Origin: an uncultured virus (IMG/VR IMGVR_UViG_3300017998_000010)
Taxonomy: Duplodnaviria; Heunggongvirae; Uroviricota; Caudoviricetes
DNA length: 20,000 bases
Strand: one strand, 5' to 3'
Virus record (IMG/VR): IMGVR_UViG_3300017998_000010
Location: 55,460-75,459 of that record
In this document: positions 17,689-20,000 of the stretch, piece after piece
How positions within the stretch are numbered: the first letter of the stretch is position 1
Layout of the letters: every line of letters begins with the position of its first letter
Notes under the pieces: generated by a model
The model's database searches: none
What the model saw: the letters and a program-made list of their open reading frames with translations, nothing else
Told to the model about the DNA's origin: nothing
Program-made: the position numbers and the translations under genes

Positions 17689-18879
17689 ATGGTCAACATA
17701 AATATTGAGCCAGTACGTGTGACAAACGTTGAAAATGACAGCGTTGAAATCGTTGAACGTAAGGGTTTTGGGCATCCAGATACAATCATAAATAGTATCG
17801 TTGATGCAATCTCTGTAGAATACTTCAAGAACTGGAAACAGCACCACAACTTTGATAAGGCAACACTCTTTGCTGGTGAAACACAACCAGCCTTTGGTGG
17901 TGGGAAGATCATAAAACCAGCCACGATATGTTTGGGTGATAGAGCAACATCTATTATTGATGGGAAGAAAGTGGACATCCACCCAGTTATAGAGCAAACA
18001 ATCAAGAACTGGTTTAAGACAAATTTAGATATGTTCCCTATGCCGAAATATGTTTCATACCTAGCTGAAGGCTCTGGTGATCTCAATGATATTTTTGAAC
18101 GAACTAAAAATGGTGAATTTCTACCAGCCAACGACACATCTGCGGCTGTAGGGTATGCACCATTCACACCGACAGAAAATCTCACAATAGGGCTTGAGAA
18201 ATATCTTAACACACCAGAATTCAAGAAACAATATCCATGCTCAGGCAAGGACATCAAGGTAATGACTATCAGAAACGGCAAACAATTAGACATCACGGTG
18301 GCAATGGCTATGATTGATAGATATATCACAGATATGTATGCTTATAGGAAGGACAAAGAAGAGATTACAAGATTAATAGCTAGATTCTGTAGAGAGAATT
18401 ATCCAGATTATACTCCAACAATTAGGCTCAATACATTGGATAGATATGATAATGGAATAAATGGTTTGTATCTCACCGTCACAGGAACATCAGCCGAATC
18501 TGGTGATTCTGGTCAAGTTGGTAGAGGTAACAATCCTGTTGGTTTGATCTCAATGTCCAGACCCATGAGCGTTGAGGCGGCAAGTGGTAAGAATTCAATC
18601 TCACACATCGGAAAAATCTATAATCACTTCTGTTTCTATCTTGCGGATAAGATATACCAGAATTTCAAGGAAAATCAGATAAGTACCGTCTATGTCTGGA
18701 TGGTTAGCAGGATTGGAACACCAATAAACGAACCGACAATCATATACATAAAACACGATGGGTTGATGGTTCACAAAACAGTAGTAGAAGATGAAATAAT
18801 CAATCTGGTGAACCATGAAATGCTGGGACTTGGAGATTACTGTGAAAAGTTAGCTAATGGGCAGATACAGGAATATTAA
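17689..18879 (+). CDS. mat: S-adenosylmethionine synthetase, archaeal type
   Basis: EIVERKGFGHPD, HHNFDK, ANDTS, GKDIKVM, YLTVTGTSAESGDSGQVGRGN, EAASGKN...HIGKIYN, SRIGTPI. Confidence 0.95.
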   Translation: MVNINIEPVRVTNVENDSVEIVERKGFGHPDTIINSIVDAISVEYFKNWKQHHNFDKATLFAGETQPAFGGGKIIKPATICLGDRATSIIDGKKVDIHPVIEQTIKNWFKTNLDMFPMPKYVSYLAEGSGDLNDIFERTKNGEFLPANDTSAAVGYAPFTPTENLTIGLEKYLNTPEFKKQYPCSGKDIKVMTIRNGKQLDITVAMAMIDRYITDMYAYRKDKEEITRLIARFCRENYPDYTPTIRLNTLDRYDNGINGLYLTVTGTSAESGDSGQVGRGNNPVGLISMSRPMSVEAASGKNSISHIGKIYNHFCFYLADKIYQNFKENQISTVYVWMVSRIGTPINEPTIIYIKHDGLMVHKTVVEDEIINLVNHEMLGLGDYCEKLANGQIQEY

Positions 18880-18880
18880 A

Positions 18881-18900
18881 TTTATCTTTTTTTCTTTCTT
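18881..18900 (+). terminator. possible oligo-T terminator of mat
   Basis: TTTATCTTTTTTTCTTTCTT directly after the stop; the same bases encode the RKKKR tail of the convergent gene. Confidence 0.35.
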
Positions 18901-19340
18901 GTTAATCTGTTTTTAGCTCTTGTCAATAAACTGGGTTTTTTGCTTGCCTTCCAGTATGGGATATAATCAGCTACCGTTTGTTTTGGTGAATTTCCCAGTT
19001 TACTGTAGTCTTTTGGTGGTGGATTATAGTCAAATGTTGTAACAGGCTTTTTTTGCTCTATTAAATACATTTTTTTAACATCTGTATATGTTGGGATTTC
19101 ATAATATGGCATTTCTTTATATGCTGTATTTCTATATCTAGATGGCATATTTTTACATTTATGATTCTCAGGCAATCTATGTTTATCGCAGAAATATCCA
19201 CCACAAAAAGGACATTTATATGGCATATAATATTCGGGTCGTGTTGAATAAAACATACCCGATTTATCTTTTCTAGCTCTTGGTTGAGCTATTAATTCAT
19301 TATTACAGAAATCACAACGTGTTTTATTTCCAGATGTCAT
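18882..19340 (-). CDS. AN1-type zinc finger protein with Pro/Tyr/Lys-rich tail
   Basis: CDFC...[27 protein letters not shown] 19340 lies 29 nt downstream of a TTTATAAA box. Confidence 0.82.
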   Translation of the reverse strand: MTSGNKTRCDFCNNELIAQPRARKDKSGMFYSTRPEYYMPYKCPFCGGYFCDKHRLPENHKCKNMPSRYRNTAYKEMPYYEIPTYTDVKKMYLIEQKKPVTTFDYNPPPKDYSKLGNSPKQTVADYIPYWKASKKPSLLTRAKNRLTRKKKR

Positions 19341-19369
19341 ATTAATCAATTTAATATAATATGTTTTTG

Positions 19370-19395
19370 TTTATAAATATTACGGGCTTTATATA
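19370..19395 (-). promoter_or_regulatory. putative archaeal TATA promoter(s)
   Basis: - strand AATATTTATAAA (19370-19381) and a second TATATAAA box (19388-19395). Confidence 0.55.
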
Positions 19396-19407
19396 AGGTT
19401 TGTGTTT

Positions 19408-19602
19408 TTATTCTCCTAGATATGTATATTCCTCATATATTAATACTGAAATACCAAGTACACATAATGGAATGGCAATAACCAAGGCAATTTCTAAAAT
19501 CCAAAATATAAGTTTTGGTAGTGGGAATATCAAATAAGCCATAAAAGATATAAATATGATTGTAAGTAGTGTTATTATAAAAAGTGCCTGTTTGTTGTTC
19601 AT
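19408..19602 (-). CDS. small hypothetical membrane protein (2 TM)
   Basis: 64 aa, hydrophobic, ATGA-coupled to the upstream gene. Confidence 0.65.
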   Translation of the reverse strand: MNNKQALFIITLLTIIFISFMAYLIFPLPKLIFWILEIALVIAIPLCVLGISVLIYEEYTYLGE

Positions 19603-19883
19603 TGTGTCTTTTCTCTGTTTTCAAGTTCATCAAGGTTTTTCTCGCTCTCAACAAGCTGATCTTGTACCCTCTTGACATAGCCTATACTAGCATCATACCA
19701 ACCAATATCGATCTTATCAACTTTACCACTGTCTATGAGCATGTCGATCCATCGGTGAAGTCTTGTCCTGTCTATGGTATAGTGACCGACTGTTGATCCA
19801 TCTGGGATAATCTCATCGTCTGGTGTCATCCCCCTCATAAAGAAGTCTACGTTGTACTGAAGCATCTTGGGTTTTACGGTCAT
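19599..19883 (-). CDS. hypothetical protein with C-terminal coiled coil
   Basis: 94 aa, ATGA overlaps at both ends. Confidence 0.7.
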   Translation of the reverse strand: MTVKPKMLQYNVDFFMRGMTPDDEIIPDGSTVGHYTIDRTRLHRWIDMLIDSGKVDKIDIGWYDASIGYVKRVQDQLVESEKNLDELENREKTQ

Positions 19884-19999
19884 TGAAGTTCCCTCATAAT
19901 CTTCCAGAGTGCCATGTCATATCCACAGTGGTTGCAGTGGATATAAACCCATTGCTTTTCCTTTTCACCAACGATGTAGATGCCACTATCATGTGGACC
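19880..19999 (-). CDS. hypothetical CxxC zinc-ribbon-like protein (5' partial, not in ORF track)
   Basis: GPHDSGIYIVGEKEKQWVYIHCNHCGYDMALWKIMRELQ*; its TGA overlaps ATG 19883. Confidence 0.65.
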   Translation of the reverse strand, partial: GPHDSGIYIVGEKEKQWVYIHCNHCGYDMALWKIMRELQ

Positions 20000-20000
20000 C

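Noticed and set aside
329..19796. Antisense or off-frame ORFs in the track (e.g. 329-538, 3838-4119, 4947-5309, 10508-10825, 12697-13023, 15610-15981, 17634-18329, 19584-19796)
   Set aside because: They overlap better-supported genes and show no recognisable motifs; treated as shadow ORFs.
1..20000. Alternative genetic code, tRNA/rRNA genes, transposases, introns or inteins
   Set aside because: TAA, TAG and TGA all end genes at plausible positions, gaps are too short or AT-rich for RNA genes, and no such motifs were recognised.

Overview
AT-rich, gene-dense archaeal-type DNA (TATA-box promoters of the form AACATTTATAAA, GGTGA-like ribosome-binding sites, many TTG starts, an archaeal-type SAM synthetase). 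About 17 kb (1-17077) is a mostly + strand glycan synthesis and decoration cluster: three GT2 glycosyltransferases, one multi-TM GT-C/AglB-like protein, two NDP-sugar epimerase/dehydratases, a UDP-GlcNAc 2-epimerase, a shortened DegT aminotransferase, two hexapeptide acetyltransferases, a deacetylase-like protein, six class I SAM methyltransferases, a B12-binding radical SAM enzyme, a DgkA-family lipid kinase and a membrane metal hydrolase. It is followed by a small Zn-finger/HExxH gene pair, a separately promoted SAM synthetase, and convergent small hypothetical genes (AN1 zinc finger, CxxC protein). A manual scan found no GGCC, CCWGG, GCWGC, GCGC or CGCG site, and Pro-Gly and Ala-Ala codon pairs are consistently written so that CCWGG and GCWGC do not form. 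Best hypothesis: a large archaeal virus or other mobile element with its own SAM-supplied, lipid-linked glycosylation and glycan-methylation system. No capsid, terminase, integrase or replication gene is in the window, so a chromosomal island cannot be excluded. All family calls are by motif recognition only; no database search was run.
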